NCBI RefSeq assembly: GCF_022539665.2
Contig: NC_081331.1
Span: 10,292,001 to 10,356,000 of the forward strand
Origin: Daphnia carinata
Taxonomy: Eukaryota
Reading direction: 5' to 3'
Length of the DNA: 64,000 bases
Positions 1 through 14,402 of this stretch are shown here, in pieces (position 1 is the first letter of the stretch; each line of letters begins with the position of its first letter). The position numbers and the translations under genes are program-made. The notes below the pieces were generated by a model. The model saw nothing but the letters and a program-made list of their open reading frames with translations. It did not search any database and was not told the DNA's origin.

Positions 1-1232
1 AATCATTCATCTGCATAAAGTCTAAATACGAGACCCATGAGTGAAAGCCATTGAAGGAGATATGATTTCTCTTAGCAGAGATACATTTAATAAAGCATTT
101 CGATGATGTTTTTTTTTTTCTTTAAATAGAAGACATTTTGTTTTTCTCGTCCTTTTTTTTCAGCTGGATTTATATGCGTGGCTTTTTTTTTTTTTTACAC
201 GACGTACTTGTTGTATTTAAAAGCAGAGAGAAAGGGAGGTCAAACAGGTCAAAACGTTGAGAGATCCGTTTGTGACTTTGAACTCGTTCATTTCTTTTTT
301 ATTTTCCTTTAACCCTTACGTTTTTGAGTTTCCACTCCCTGTTTGTGCCTCCCATCGAAAATAAACGTAAACAAATAAACATTTGTTGCGTCAATGACGA
401 ATGTTGTTCTCTTTAAAAAAAAATCGGGTACTCAAAGAAATGGGAATGTATTTTTTCTTTTGAATTGTATGACACGTACAACATGTTGCGCATCAATCCA
501 TATGTAAATAATTCTATATATGCCGAGCATGTGTATATACACACACACGCACACAATATATATGGCTATTATATTGGATGCTGTTCAATGGTGGCTCAGG
601 CAGCCATTGGGCCACTTGTTGAATTTCTTTCTATTTTTTTTTTTTTTTAAATAAACACGCATTTTCGGAATTTTTTTTTTTTTTTTTTTGTTACCCCACC
701 CTTTTTGATGGTCTGGTTATTCACCACCGAAATGCACCGTTTTTTTTTTTTGTTGTTGCTGTTTTTAAAAGTATTTAAACGAAAAATAAAATGTATATTC
801 CCTTTCTGAATCGAATAGAAGAAGGAGTTCTACTAACTACCACCATATACACGCTACTACCGCTACATTTATATTGATGTATAAATCTAAATGTTATTGC
901 GCGGGTATTTATATGTGTGTGCGCGTAGATTTGGGACAAGATTTTTTATAGCTCCTTTTTTTTTCTGAGTTTATGCAAAGATTTGTGGCGTAGGGTGAGA
1001 GAGAGAGAGGTCCTGATTCCCTCCCTTTTCCTTGTAGCGATTTTTATTTTTAAATATAGTATATATATATTTTTTTTGAAATAGGAAAGAAATGCTGCGC
1101 TCACAATTATACCTGAGGGCGGCTGCTGGCCACTTGAAGCGAGCACACAGAGCTCGACTAATGTTACTTGTACAGTCGGCTGGACTCTCTTGTGCTTACA
1201 CCGTTTGCATACGCAATGAACACCGAAGAGAC

Positions 1233-1263
<31 letters not shown>

Positions 1264-2009
1264 CAGACACAAATAATACAGAGTCTCTTTCTCTATCGCT
1301 GTGCGTACCTTCGTTTCAGTCCTTTTTTTTTTTTTATTTTGTTGTTCAAAGAAAATAAGAAAAATAGGCGACCGAAGAGATCAGGGTCGCAGCGACGTGA
1401 TGCGGATGGACGAGACAGATAACACGAGACACACAATATAAATACACTAAGTTCTTCCTCTTTATACCCAATATGTAGAATTATATATGTTTCCTTTTTT
1501 TTTTTTTTTTTATTTAAAAAAAGGGGGGGGGGGTTTATAGTAGAAAAAGCATTAAACATTTCTGGTATAGAAGGGGATGAATATAAAAGGAATTATGTTT
1601 TTTTTTTAGAAAGAAGAAAAGAATAGGGGAATGAAGATTGGAATGCGCCGGACGCCTTCCAGCTTTTTTTTTTCTCATCTCTTTGATTATGTCCACCCCG
1701 TCTCACTTGTGTGATTCTTACATTATAACAAATAAAAAATACCTTTTTTTCCCCACATCTTCAGGTGAGACAGGAGGTGGGGGGAGCAAGTCATTCGATA
1801 TCAATAAGGAATTTCCTTATTTTATTTTTTTGTTTGTTTTTCTTTTAGCGCATCCGCATTGAGCAAAAAAAAAAAAATAAAATAAAAACAAGAGGCCTGC
1901 GATAGGGGAGGGCAAAGGTAGATGTTATAAAAGAGAGAATCAGCAAAGCTTGAAAAAAAAAAAGGTATTTTTTTTTGTATTTTTATTTTTAGGAGAGGAG
2001 GTCACTCAC

Positions 2010-2096
2010 CTGTCGGATGAAACTGCTGGAGCTGTCGGAATAGCTGCCGTCAGAGTGCTTGTGCTTCTTGCTGCTCTTGACCTTCTCCGTCTTGCG
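2010..2096 (-). CDS. Ca-beta: Voltage-gated calcium channel beta subunit, second coding exon (RKTEKVKSSKKHKHSDGSYSDSSSSFIRQ); gene continues beyond the left edge
   Basis: 87-nt phase 0/0 exon bounded by aaaatag| and CAG|gtgagt on the minus strand. The peptide matches the CACNB long-N-terminus exon (K/R-x-K-x-SDGS...S-F-[VI]-RQ) that precedes the conserved GSADS exon in vertebrate CACNB1/2/4. This frame is not in the ORF track. Confidence 0.85.
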
Positions 2097-3734
2097 CTAT
2101 TTTGTACCCGTCCAACGTTTTTATGCGTTGTTTTTTTTTTTTTTTTTTTTTTTGTTGTTGTTGTTGTTGTTTTATTCAGCATCCCAATGTCCATCGAGTC
2201 AAAAGAAAAGAAGAAACAAACGCATTAATATATCATGTTACACACAACTACAAGCTCCGGCTCATCGTCTCTCTTGAAATCGTCACACGGAAATCATTGC
2301 CTTCTTGACTATTTATTACGATTTTTTGTTTGTTTTTTTAGCCAAATGTGTCCTCCTTCTCCGGCTTCTCTTTACGTGGAATTCCAGACGTATCCGCTGC
2401 GATCGATCATCAAATGATCTCTGGCTCCTCTAAATGGACCGAAAATAACAAAACAAAAACCCTTCGCATTTTCACGGCTCTTTGCATATTTATTTTTATT
2501 TTTTTTTTTCATTTGTTATATACTACACAATCAAGAGTCTCTTTAAAAATCCATTGGCAACGTTGGTTTTTTTTTTTTTTCTGATTCTGCATTTTGCCCA
2601 CTCTATGAAATCGATCGATTTCCTGCCATCTAATGTGCTGGACTTCGGGAAAAAAAGGCCTTGCATTCCCGTCATGCCCAGACGTCATAAATAGGCGCGT
2701 TCATAAAAGCTTTATTGATGGGGAAAAAAATGGCAATGCGAAAAGAGAGGGACGAACACAACTTTTAGGAGAGTGAAATGCGTGTGTGTGTGTGTGTGTG
2801 CGTGTGTGTGTGTAAGAGAAATCAAACCTCCCTTTTATCCCCCCCCCCCAATTCCATTCCATATGGAGCACGATAGAAAAAAAAACATAGTTATCGATGT
2901 CTATATATCGAATACGAGGCTATAACTTCGGGGTTCAACGGTGCTTTGCTCGTTTACGTTGAGGGGGTTATGACTTGCTTAGCGAAGAAACACAATCTTC
3001 TTCTTTTTTTTTTTTTTTTTCCCAATCGTCTGTGCCATCTTTTGATTTTTTCTTCATTCGTTATCCTCGGAGAAAAAGAAAAAAAAAATTGTGTCGGGAT
3101 AAGATAATCAAACGGCTCTTCGATGTTTCTTTTGTTATTACTTTTTCCTCTCTAATTTTTTTTTTTTTTTTCTTTCCAAAAAATTGTGTGTTGAATAAAA
3201 ATCAAGATGGCGGACGATGATCAGTTTTCTCTCTCTATTTTTTTTTTTTTTTTTTAAGACGATGACACAACGAAAATCCTTTGATGCCCCACAGGGAAAG
3301 AGAGAGAGTTAGGACAAGGTATTTATATATACATATACAGTATATATATATAAATACGGTACTGTGCATTAGTCGATTGCCCATATTCAGCTGGCTACTT
3401 CTTGTTCAAAACTATTCCTTCCAATCCGTCTTATTAAAAGAAGAAGAAGAAGAAGAAAAAAAATTAGCCTTTTACGAGCGACGACGTGGAATTGTTTTCT
3501 CTGGCCAAAAGAGAAATATCTAAAGCCTGTGTGTGTGTGTGTGTGTGCAAAGAGAGGGGGGGGGGACAAAATGGCTTTATGTAAATGAAGAGAAAACGCT
3601 TGCGCCACCAGCAATGGCTGTAGAGGAACAACTAGTGGAACGTTATCGGGCGCTATGTCTTTATATACAACGAAATAACATAAAGAGGAAATCTGTTGAT
3701 TCAATCAAGGTCGCGCCTCGTGAAAAATATAAAC

Positions 3735-3765
<31 letters not shown>

Positions 3766-4708
3766 GAGAGAAAAACAAGAGAGGAAGGGACACAGAATGT
3801 GTATACCTATATAAGAAAACACGAACTGCTGGTTAGGGTTAAGGTAAGAGAAACAATCATAAAAATAGAAGAAAAAGGGGTAGGGGAATCGAAGGAGATA
3901 AAAATAACAGAAACTCCGAAAAAGGCCAAATGAAATAAAACGAAAATTTAGGGAAGAAATTAAAAATAAAGAAAAAGAAAAAAAAAAAACGAGAAAAACG
4001 AGAAAATTATTTCCAATTTTTTTTTTTTTTTTTTTTGGGCGCCAGTCGTCCTTGGTTTTTGCTTGTTTTATCGAAAAAAAAAAATGTTGCGTGAATAATA
4101 AGAGGACAAGAGCTTAATATCTAACGACCACCGAGTAGAGTGGCGCAACGAGGATACAACTCAAAAGTTGTTGCGTTGCTTTTAGTTTTTGCGCTTTGGT
4201 GTTTTTTTTTTCTCTTTCTAACGGAATGCAAAATGGCGTCATACAAGGAAGAAGGAAAGGTAACCTAAAAAAACAAAAGATAAAAACAAATGAACCAAAC
4301 ACACACTAAAAAAAAAAAAACAGGTATATACTTTTGGGTTGCGTTTGTTCTTTTTGACTTATTATTTTTGGTGGGGAGTTTTTTTTTTTTTTTTCCGAAT
4401 ACATGAACTGATTTTTCTAGTTGGAAAATGAGGGGGGGGGGGGAGACCACTCTCTTTTTTTTTTTTTGTTGTTTTGTTTAATGTCACTGTTTCTCTTTTG
4501 CCCTACCGTAAGTCCACCCTCTATCAGATAATGATCCATCCATCCATCGTCTTCTTTTTTCTTTTTTTCCCTCTCTTTGATATATTTAAAAAAAAATAAT
4601 AAATTAAGATTCTCAAATTTTTATGTTTTATCTATTTCAAGGCATCGATGTTCTCCCCCCTACTTTTTGGGGGTCTCTATTCGATGATCATATTTGATCA
4701 TTTCTTAC

Positions 4709-4954
4709 CTGTCGATGAAGGGCGAAATGAGGCAAGGACAGGTGCGAAGTCATAGTTTGCTCCGAATCGGTTGGGTTGTCGGTACTCTGTTGCTTTTGCA
4801 AAGGCACCGTCTCCTGGCCGACATCTTCCTCGTCGTCATTGGCCTCCTGCCGGTGGTGCTGCGCATTCTTGTAATCGACTGTCGTCGAGGAGCATCCCAG
4901 CAGACGATCGTGATGACGCGAATGATCGGCGATCAACAACGAACGGCGGTTCAT
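4709..4954 (-). CDS. Ca-beta: Probable first coding exon of Ca-beta (MNRRSLLIADHSRHH...LPHFALHRQ, 82 aa)
   Basis: Homopolymer-free open frame from ATG at 4954 to a strong phase-0 donor CAG|gtaaga at 4709/4708. It is in frame with the 2096-2010 exon (intron 2612 nt). The peptide itself has no recognisable homology, which is normal for variable CACNB N-termini. Confidence 0.7.
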
Positions 4955-5256
4955 TCCGACACTCTTTTTTTTTTTTTTGGTTTTTTTAGTTTTCCACACT
5001 GTGTCCTTTTGGATTTCGGATTGGAAAGAGCTCGTTTTTTTTTTTTTTGCTTTCCAAATCCAAACAGCCAAATGGGTTTTGAGCAACAACAAAAAAATGG
5101 CCGCGTTTTCAGACCGGATAGTAGGGCAATAGTTTGTGTGTTTTTAACGAAGGTTTTTTGATAACTATTTTAATCGCAGACATTTGCAAATCAAATGACA
5201 CTGGCAGAAAATGGATTTTTACCGTTACAGCTGGAGAAATCGACAGCCAATCGATT

Positions 5257-5291
<35 letters not shown>

Positions 5292-7660
5292 ACTTTGTTT
5301 AGCGTAATATAACTGTAAACTAATATGCTACACGTTGGATTTTCCAAACATTCAGGACGAACAATTTCAAAAGCGAGAAACAGCCATTTTGTTTTCCACA
5401 ATGGAGAACGATGAGTTTGAAAAGGGAACTCGTCGGCCAACTGGATGGTGTGTATCGACGACAACCAACATGGCGCTCACACCTGTAGCCCCTTCTCACA
5501 CTGAGTTTGGATGCGGTCCAGCTTTTTGTTTTTTGTTTTGTTTTTTTTTTTGGTTGGCCAGCCACACCACCGAAAAACTTGCCGCACGACTTCCGCACAC
5601 AGGGCCGATCGTTTCGCCTTTGCACGCCACCAAACCGATTTCCCACCTGATGATACACAGCGTTCTGTTTGTCTTTTGTTTTGTTTTTTTGTAACGAAAC
5701 AAGACCCGAACAACAACCGTTTAACTTGTGGGCCAAAATACACTGGAACCCAAACAAATTGAAGGAGCGAAATTTGCAGAGAAAAGATAACAGCGGGTGA
5801 AACTCGGCACAACTTTTGCCAAGCGACTCGCTTTACATTCGTGTAAAAAGATACTTGAACGCACCGTGGTAAGGCAAAGACGGGCTGGGGAGGGGGGATA
5901 CGATAGACCCTTGTGTCTATCTGTGTGTGTGTGTGTGTCTATATGGTGTAGCTCTTGCGCGACGCCCGGGCACGGCCCGTCGTGAAAAGCCCAGTTCGGT
6001 TGGTGTATGTGGTAGTACATAGGGCTAAAGAAACGCTAAAATACGGGGAGAAATTTCAATGAAGCCTCTTCTGTTTTTTGAACCCCCTCCATCGTTCTCT
6101 CTCAATCCCGATAGACGGCAAAAGTATTGATCTTCTTATCTTTCTCTGCGGTGTGTGCGCAGAGCTCCTCTTGTCCGTTGCTGGACACGTTTTCTTTTCC
6201 GCTGGCGGTGCAAAGAGCGCAGCGCAAGCGCGACATCGGCCATTTTTTTCTTTTTTTTTTTTTTATTATGAAAAGAGAGAAGTACAGAGAGACAAAAGAC
6301 GAGCACACGTATGTGTACTTTGAACACACACACACACACACACAGACACACAAAAGTGGGTATATGTATAGGCCTGACTCTATCAGCTGACCCAGCACAT
6401 ATAAAACCTCTTCTTCCGGAGGAGGGAATAAAGACTTCTTTCTTTATCCTTCCCCCTCCTTTTTTTTTTTTTTTTTGTCTTCTTGTGTATCGTTACACCA
6501 CATACAGAAGAGTACCCCACCCATTTATCGTCCCCCCCCCCCCTCCTCTTACAATTTTTTTTTTTTTTTTTTTTTTTTGTGCCTCCTCCTGGATCTTTTT
6601 CATGCGTTTTATTACATGACAGCAGAGCGCAAAATGCGGGGCGGCGGGAGCGTGCACTTATATCCAATGCTTCTTTTCAATTTTTTTTTTTTTCTTGAAA
6701 AAAAAAAAACTTGTTTTAAAAACGCGCAGGCCTTTGCTTGATTATTGATCGACTTAGTAAAAAATCGTCTCTTATTTTTTATTTTATTTTTTTTATTTTT
6801 TTTCGTTTCATTTTTTTTCCCGGCCGTGTTAATGAGTCTCCCTGCCGCACCCCCGACCCACTCATTCCAAAGAGATGGGCGGGTGGAGTGCGCTCGGTAT
6901 AAATGGGTGTAGTGAAAAAAAAAAAAAAAAAAAAAAAAGAAAAAGAAAAAAAAAAAAAAAAAATGAAGAAGGCAGTGAACACACTGACAAAATGAGAGGA
7001 GAAATGTTGCACTGCAAATCTATTGATTTTCGGTATTTATTAAAATTGAAGAAGAAAAAAATTGTAGGCGGACTACGTGGGGTGATGAAGTCAACTCTTG
7101 TGTTCACACTCTTTCGAAACCCTTCACTTACACTCTCTTATTCTTTCTTATTTTCTTCTCAAATTCTTTTTTCCTACGCACATTAGCTGTCGAAAAAAAA
7201 AAAAATAAATAAAAAACACTCGATTATTTTATTCGTCGATTGGAACTTGCTCGTCAATTTAAAAAAATGTAAAAGACACAGTCAAACGCTTCCAGTTGAA
7301 AATGCGAAGCGTTTATCGGTTGACTTCATCCAACAACAACTCCATCTCATTTTTTTTTTTTTTTTTTGAGTTGGGAAACTCTTGATTCAAAGAACAAGTG
7401 TTGGCCAACGTTAATCAGCTTTTGCCACACTAAATGGGGCGTCTGTGAAATACCGTCTTCCCTATACAAAACACCAGACGCCATCACGTGCCACCATCGT
7501 TCTTGGCTTCCAACTCGCCGATGACTATGATCCTCGGTCCTACCCTCTTTAATGCGATCATTCACGGTCAATCGAGCTAATGATTCACTGCTATTTACGC
7601 TTCTCATTTTTGTTGTGCGTGAAGCTGTTGCCTTTGGAGACAGACCACAACAAGTTGAGT

Positions 7661-7700
<40 letters not shown>

Positions 7701-10083
7701 CCCACAACCGGAATCGGGCAATGTCTATAAGCAGAGCGAGAGAGAGTTTCAACTTTCGCGAAAGATTTTCGTTTCTCTTTTTCCCGGTATTTCGTCTGCC
7801 ACGGCGTTTCGGATTCATTTTTCAGAAAGGTTGGCTCAACCAGAACGAAGGACACGTGCGACGGGACAGCACAATTTTGGTCAGCCTTGACGAAATCCAG
7901 TAGGAAACTGGTCAGATGGAAAATAAAAAACAGGTGAAAAGGGAAAGGTGAACAAAGATATTGGTGTGAACGAAGCCTTAACAAACAAAACAGGTACTTC
8001 TATTCAGTGCGCCATGTTTGACACCCCCCCTCTCCCGCTGTTGGTATCGCTTTGCATAAATTAATTAATCTACGCACTGTGACTTAAAATAGATATTTTA
8101 AGTATAACACGTGACTTGAAAAAAAGAAAATGTATTTTTCATTTTTGTTTTTGTTAAAGGGCTCCCCACTCCATGCGACCAGTCAGAAGTAATGCTGATG
8201 ACTACAGGCCGACGGCCGTGATCCTCCGCAAAATTCATTACGAATTTAAAGTTCAATTATATCCCGTCTTCACCAAAACATGCTGCACATAAGTATGACG
8301 CGTACCTGCGGTAAAATCCCCCGTAGGTAGACAGGTAAAAACACGACAATATCGCTACTTAAAAAAAAAATAATAATAATAAAACACGTCAACTGCGATG
8401 CGTATGTATAATCCTTAAGAGGTTTTCAACTTTATATAATACATACGTCTTTTTTTTTTTTTCATTTTTCCATTTGATATTTCCACAATTTTTTTTTTTT
8501 TTTTTTTTTTTGAAACGAGAGAGAGAGATTCATTTATTTTTTATTCGGGATTTATTCCTCGACACAGTTTCTATTTGATTTAAGGCTAGGGGATGGGAGA
8601 GGGGTAGGGGCCAAAGAAAAAAAAAAAAAATGTGATTGCGCTTGGGGACCTGATCGGATTGAGATCGGCGCTGCGGTGTACCGTACCGTAGCTGATGTTT
8701 GAAGATACACATAAAAAAAAAAAAAAAAACGGATTGCTTGATGCTCTCCTGTGTGCTTCGCACATATATGTTGCCTGTGTAGGCTCTTCCTTCTATCGGG
8801 GATGGGTAAGCTAATTGAAATCCTTAATTACTCAAGGCCTCCTTTCCGCCTCACTATTTCTTTTTAATTTCCCCCTGCTGCTTCTCCCCCCCCCCCCCCC
8901 TTCCATTTTTTTCTTCTTCTTCTTCTTCTTTTCAACGATGAAATAAAAAAAAAAAAAAATGCAGAAGATTGAGGGAAAAAAAAAAAAATGTCGCCCCCCC
9001 CCCCTCCCTTGCTTAGGATTTTTCTATCATGTTGCCCGTGAGCCGTATGCGCGCCTCTGTCGATATGAATATTTCAACGGAAATTAATAAGAAGCTACGG
9101 GAGAAGAAGAAAGAAAGAAAGAAAAGAAAGAAAAAAAGAGGCTACGTCATCGCGTTTCATCGACAACCAAGAGGTAACATAGTAATGGGGGAACATCGAA
9201 AGGGCAATGAGCTCGAAAAAAAAAAAAAAAAATAATAATAATATGCGCTAATATCCAACTCGTGTATATCTTACGTGTGTATCTTAGATTGGGAACTGAT
9301 TAATGGCATTTTAATTTTGTATACAAGATCCATCGTTTTATTCGTAATGGGACGGTACATTTCAAACACAAAATTCGCCATCCCTCACAATGGAAATGCG
9401 AAATGGAAAAAAAAAATTACAAACGAACGTTATGCTGTGCAGAAATGTTTGCATTGAACTCCGGCCACCCCAAGAAGGTGGTAGGCGGAGGACCGATCTA
9501 CGCAAGTCATTTTCTTTTCTTTTTTTTTTTCTTCTTCTCCACTCAAACTGGCATGTGTCGACGTCCTCCTCTTTCAGCATCTTTGATAATTCCCCTCTTC
9601 TTTTTTTTTTCGAACTGAAAGGAGGAGGAAACGTCGACGGGTGGCGGCGTGCAGTTGCAAGTGGAGGTTGCTACCGTTTGAGGTCTGTCTCTTTCACTCT
9701 CCTCCTCCCTCCTCTTATATACACGCACACTCTTTTTTTTTTTTTTTTTTTTTCTTCTTCTTCTTTTCTTTCTCTCTTTCTTCCACGTATATTTATATAT
9801 ACAAGGGAGAGAGACATACGTATAGGTTACTACTATTACGGTCGTAGTGGAGCAGTATGTGGTCTCTATATCAGGGTGCGACGTCGTTTTTGTCCCGGCA
9901 CTCGCCCGGCGACGCCCTCTCACTTCGCACCCCTTTTTGTTTTGTTTTTCAAACTTTTGAATCGTGTCTCTCTCTTACAGATCTGTCACTTGTTTTTCTT
10001 TTTTTCTTCTCAGTTCCTGTTTCCTGCCCTGTCGTCATCAACGACATAAAAAAAAAAATTCTATTTAATGTTCAGATTTTCCC

Positions 10084-10117
<34 letters not shown>

Positions 10118-11634
10118 ATTGAAACATAAAAGAAAGAAAAGACTTTTGTGGAGACGCTAAAAAGAGTCCTGGGACTTGTGTGAGGATCCAACTGATAGGG
10201 ACCTGTGATCTTGTCACTATTCATCCCCCCCCTCAAAAAAAAAAAAAAAGAAGGAACAACTGTTATATCAACGCGCTTTTGTGTGTGTGTGTGTGTGTGT
10301 CTTTTTTTTGCGCAAAAAATATCGAAAAAAAAAAAGGCCGCAAAAAAAAAAAAGAAATCCCACGTTTTACGGTGGGCGCATTTCCGCGTCGTTGTGTTTG
10401 CCGTATCCCAGTCAGTCTCTTGTTGAACAAAAAAAAAACAAAAAAAAAGTGCGTGTGTGCGTTATTTGTCGGGCGGGGCTGTTGACCTTTTGAACCAGAA
10501 AACAAAAAAAAAAAAAAAACCCGAGGCGGAGGGCACCAAAAAAAAAAAAGTTGGGAACTTGTTTTGTTTGTGCTGTTGGTCGCGCGCTGTGACACCCCCC
10601 AGTTCACGTTGACTGTTTGTGTGTTTTTTTTTATTGGAGAGAGAGAGACTGTCCCTCTTGAATCGCACCTGTCCTACCCCTGGCGATTGGTCCGCTAAAA
10701 GCAAGGCAACTCGTAAAGATAAGGACGAAGAAACAAGGAAAGGTAAACATCCCAAATAGATTTTTTTTTCTTCTTCTTCTTTTTCTTATTTGCATGTCAT
10801 TGTGTGTCTCGCTGTCTCATCTGGGTGCGCTCATGTCGTCCGGATATTTTTTTTTTTTTTTTTCGTTACATACAAACACACTTTTCGAAACATTCCTTGG
10901 CTCATTATCAAGTGTTTTAATGTATCTCCTTTTATTTGATTTGATTTTTTTTTTCTCGTTCGGTCATCAGGTGCAGTCACGAATAGTTTCATCAGACCCA
11001 TAATTATTTTTTTTTTTAATTCGATTTTTGCTATTGGTGCTAGAACGAGCAGCTACGTACCTACTAAAAAGGTTTTCGACACACACGTACACAAAAAACG
11101 GGGGGAGGGAGGGGGTAACTTTTCAAAACTTAAATGTGAAATTGATTGCAATGACACCAAGTCACGAAGTCCCTTTTTTTTTTTTGCCAAACATTTTGCC
11201 AAGTTGATCGATGTCTGAGATTAATCTTTGTATTTTTACACGACAAAAGTTTTAAAAACCAGACAAGTTCCTGGTTTAAAAAAAAACAAAACAAAACAAA
11301 AAAAAAACATTTAAAAGTGGGTAACTACACAGATATTGTCTCTCACTCTACGCATCCAGCCGTGAAAAAGAGAGGGTTAAGGAAATAGTATGTGGGACGG
11401 GGGAGGGATAAGACACTCACACACTGTATATATATATATTTATATACACAAACATTTATAGATGCGTATGTTTTGGCTGTACACCGCTTTGACGCGACAC
11501 TTGTGTTTTCTTTTTTCTAAACGTTGTTATACTATTGCGCAAGAAAGAAAATATAGTTGGGTAGGAGAGAGAGAGAGAGAGAGAGAACTGGCCCCGGCGG
11601 CTCACCAGTGCCAGGCTGAACAACACACCACTGG

Positions 11635-11665
<31 letters not shown>

Positions 11666-12827
11666 TACAGGATATAGAGGTCGATTTATTCGGTCCAGAC
11701 GCCCATGAAAATGCAACGCCAAAAGCTGTAAAAGTGTCGGCTCAGAGCGAGAGCCAAGAAAACAAGTTTTTTTTTTTTTTTTTCTTCTTCTTCGTCTTCT
11801 TCTTATTTTTAAATGCCTTCTTCTTTTTTTTTTTTTTTTTTTTTAGCGCTTTAGTGATGTGCGTGTGTGCACACTTACACACGCATTCGCTCGGTGCGTT
11901 TAACAACAAAAAAAAAAGGGCGGTCAAGAGAAGAAAAAGAAAAGGCAAAAGCAACATTGTGCATGAACATTCATGTTATTACAGTAGTGTCGTCATATAA
12001 TTCTCAAACTGCCCCCCCCCCCTCCTCCAACGAAAGGGGTAGGCTGCGAAAAAAAAAAAAAAAAAAAAAGGTCATTCCTTTAGCGCAAAAAGAGACCGCC
12101 ATAAACTTATCTTCCTCCCCCCTCCCTTTTTTTTTTTTGTCTCTTATTGCATATAAGAAAGAAAAAAAAAATGGCTAGGAACTTATATAACCTTGTCGGT
12201 CCACAAAAAAAAAAAAAAAAAAAAAAAAAAAATTCGGAAAGGAGTTAAAGATGCCGCGATGCAAACAATTGCCGATCGTACAAGTTCAATAGAAGGGGAG
12301 GGGGGGGGGGTTCAAGAAACTCTGTACGTGCAAATCCCGTCTCATTCCACTTTTTTCTTTTTCCTTGACTTTAAAAAAAAAAAAAAAAAAAAGAGGGGAA
12401 GGGGGCTTGTTTGGGTCATTGTTAAACAAGTCGATAGGTACAGTTAAGTTGTACGTATTGTATGCGAGTATATTGGATTTTTTTCGGGACAGCGGGGTGG
12501 GGGTATCTTGTATTTGTCTGGCTGTTTGCTCATGTCAATACAAGAGGGGGAGGGGGAGAGAGAGAGAGAGAAAGAATCGAGTCTGATCTGTTTCAAGTAC
12601 CACACAACAACAGAAATAGAATCGGTGCATGTCTTACGATGTGTGGCGCACCACGCACGAATTTGATTGAACGAAAAGTCTTCCGTTCGTTCACCATTTG
12701 AACGGACGAGGGCCGAATGACGTCCATTTTTCTTTTTCCTTTTTCTTCGCAGAGATTTGAATCTCCCGCTTCCAGTCGAAAAGACTATAGAGCTACCGAA
12801 AGCAAAAACATCCTGTTCATCATTTCA

Positions 12828-12861
<34 letters not shown>

Positions 12862-13521
12862 CAGTAGCCAGAGTGTGTTAAACAACAGAATTTTTTTTTC
12901 TTTTTTTTTTCCCTTCTTTATTAAAAGAACATGGCCCCACCCCAGTAATCGGTCGGACCGGAGGGGGGAGTGATATTCCCTGTGTACTTGGACCTAAAAA
13001 ATTGATAATCATATGTATTTTTATTTTTCTTTCTTGTTTTAACGCCCGGAAATCCATTGATAAAAACAAATCGTGATTACTGAAACTAAATGTCATAACA
13101 ATTCGGGCCCTTTTCGTTTTGTTCTCTCAACACAACAAGAGAAAACAAATGAAAATAATTTGGTTTTTATATTTCACCTCCTTTGATTGAGACGTCCAAC
13201 TTGTCTTATGCTAAATAGCATAAATATATACAGCGTGATTAAATGACAGCAACCCCCCCCCCCCCACCCCGGTTGGTAATACCACAGCTGTATTGAAGGT
13301 TCGGGCGGATGAAGGAGGCAAAAGAATTGCGTGTGTGTGTGATTTGGGTTGGCTGGCGATATATCCACTTTGAGTGTTTAGATGATTTCGGCAAGAAGAA
13401 GAAGAAGAACGAGAAAAAGAAGGAAGAGAAAAAAAAAAAAAAAGACAATGTAGTAGCTGATGAACGATCTGGAACTATTGGCTATCAAATGGGGCTCGGA
13501 TTACACGCACCCCTTCTTTTC

Positions 13522-13522
<1 letters not shown>

Positions 13523-13558
<36 letters not shown>
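13523..13558. repeat. (TG)18 microsatellite, representative of many (TG/CA)n, (GA/TC)n and poly-A/T tracts across the window
   Basis: Read directly from the sequence. Confidence 0.95.
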
Positions 13559-13562
<4 letters not shown>

Positions 13563-14224
13563 AAAGGCAGCTTGCCTATTGCCAGTCTTTTTCTCGCTTG
13601 CTAATTAAAAATCCCTGGGCCGCGTTTTCTTATAAGAGAAACGAAAGAAAACCTTCCGGACGATCGAACTCCCTCCCCAATTCACGGGCTGTTTTTTTTT
13701 TTTTTTTTTTTCATACAGGGGGGAAAGGGAAAAAAAGAAGAAGAAAAAAAGAGCTAAAGTAAGCACACACGGGCCAATCTGATGGTAATTACGCGGCCAA
13801 GGAAGGGAGAGAGCCCAGCAAAGCGCAGCAATCAAAGTTCTAGCATTATTTCTTTCTTTTTTTTTTTTTTTTTTCTCTTTCCCTGCCTTTTGCGTATGTA
13901 GCTCTTATATAACAAACTAAAAGAAAATGGGTGCGCACACGCTCGCACTTTTTTTTTTTTTTTTTTTTTTTTTCTCGTTTGGACCATCTCGGGGCCGGCT
14001 CATCAAAAATCAAATGACCGCGGCCCGTTTTTCAATCGACTCTTTCGCCAGAAAGAAAACGGGCACGACAATGCGCTTTCCTGATTTTGCGTGTCTCTCT
14101 CTCTCTCTCTACTCAATGGCTCGGCTGCTAAATGAAATCATAAAACAGCAGAAAGAAGAAAAAAGAAAGAATGAGAGAGAAATCAAAGACGCCCCATTGC
14201 CATTTGTCGACGATCCCGCTGTTT

Positions 14225-14226
<2 letters not shown>

Positions 14227-14259
<33 letters not shown>

Positions 14260-14402
14260 AGACCGGCCCGCTGGCTTATTAAGAGAATAACTTGCCAGAC
14301 ACACACACACACACACACACACACATAACCTTGTCTGCAAATGTGTTTGTGGACGCGTAATGGGATGGTTGTATGGTGTGTGTGTGTGTGTGTGTGTGTG
14401 TG
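14227..14402. repeat. Compound microsatellite cluster: (CT)15, (AC)13, (GT)13
   Basis: Read directly: 14227-14256, 14299-14324, 14376-14401. Confidence 0.9.

Noticed and set aside
4694..5161. 155-aa hydrophobic plus-strand ORF resembling a membrane protein
   Set aside because: Antisense shadow of the Ca-beta first exon; the splice donor and phase support the minus strand.
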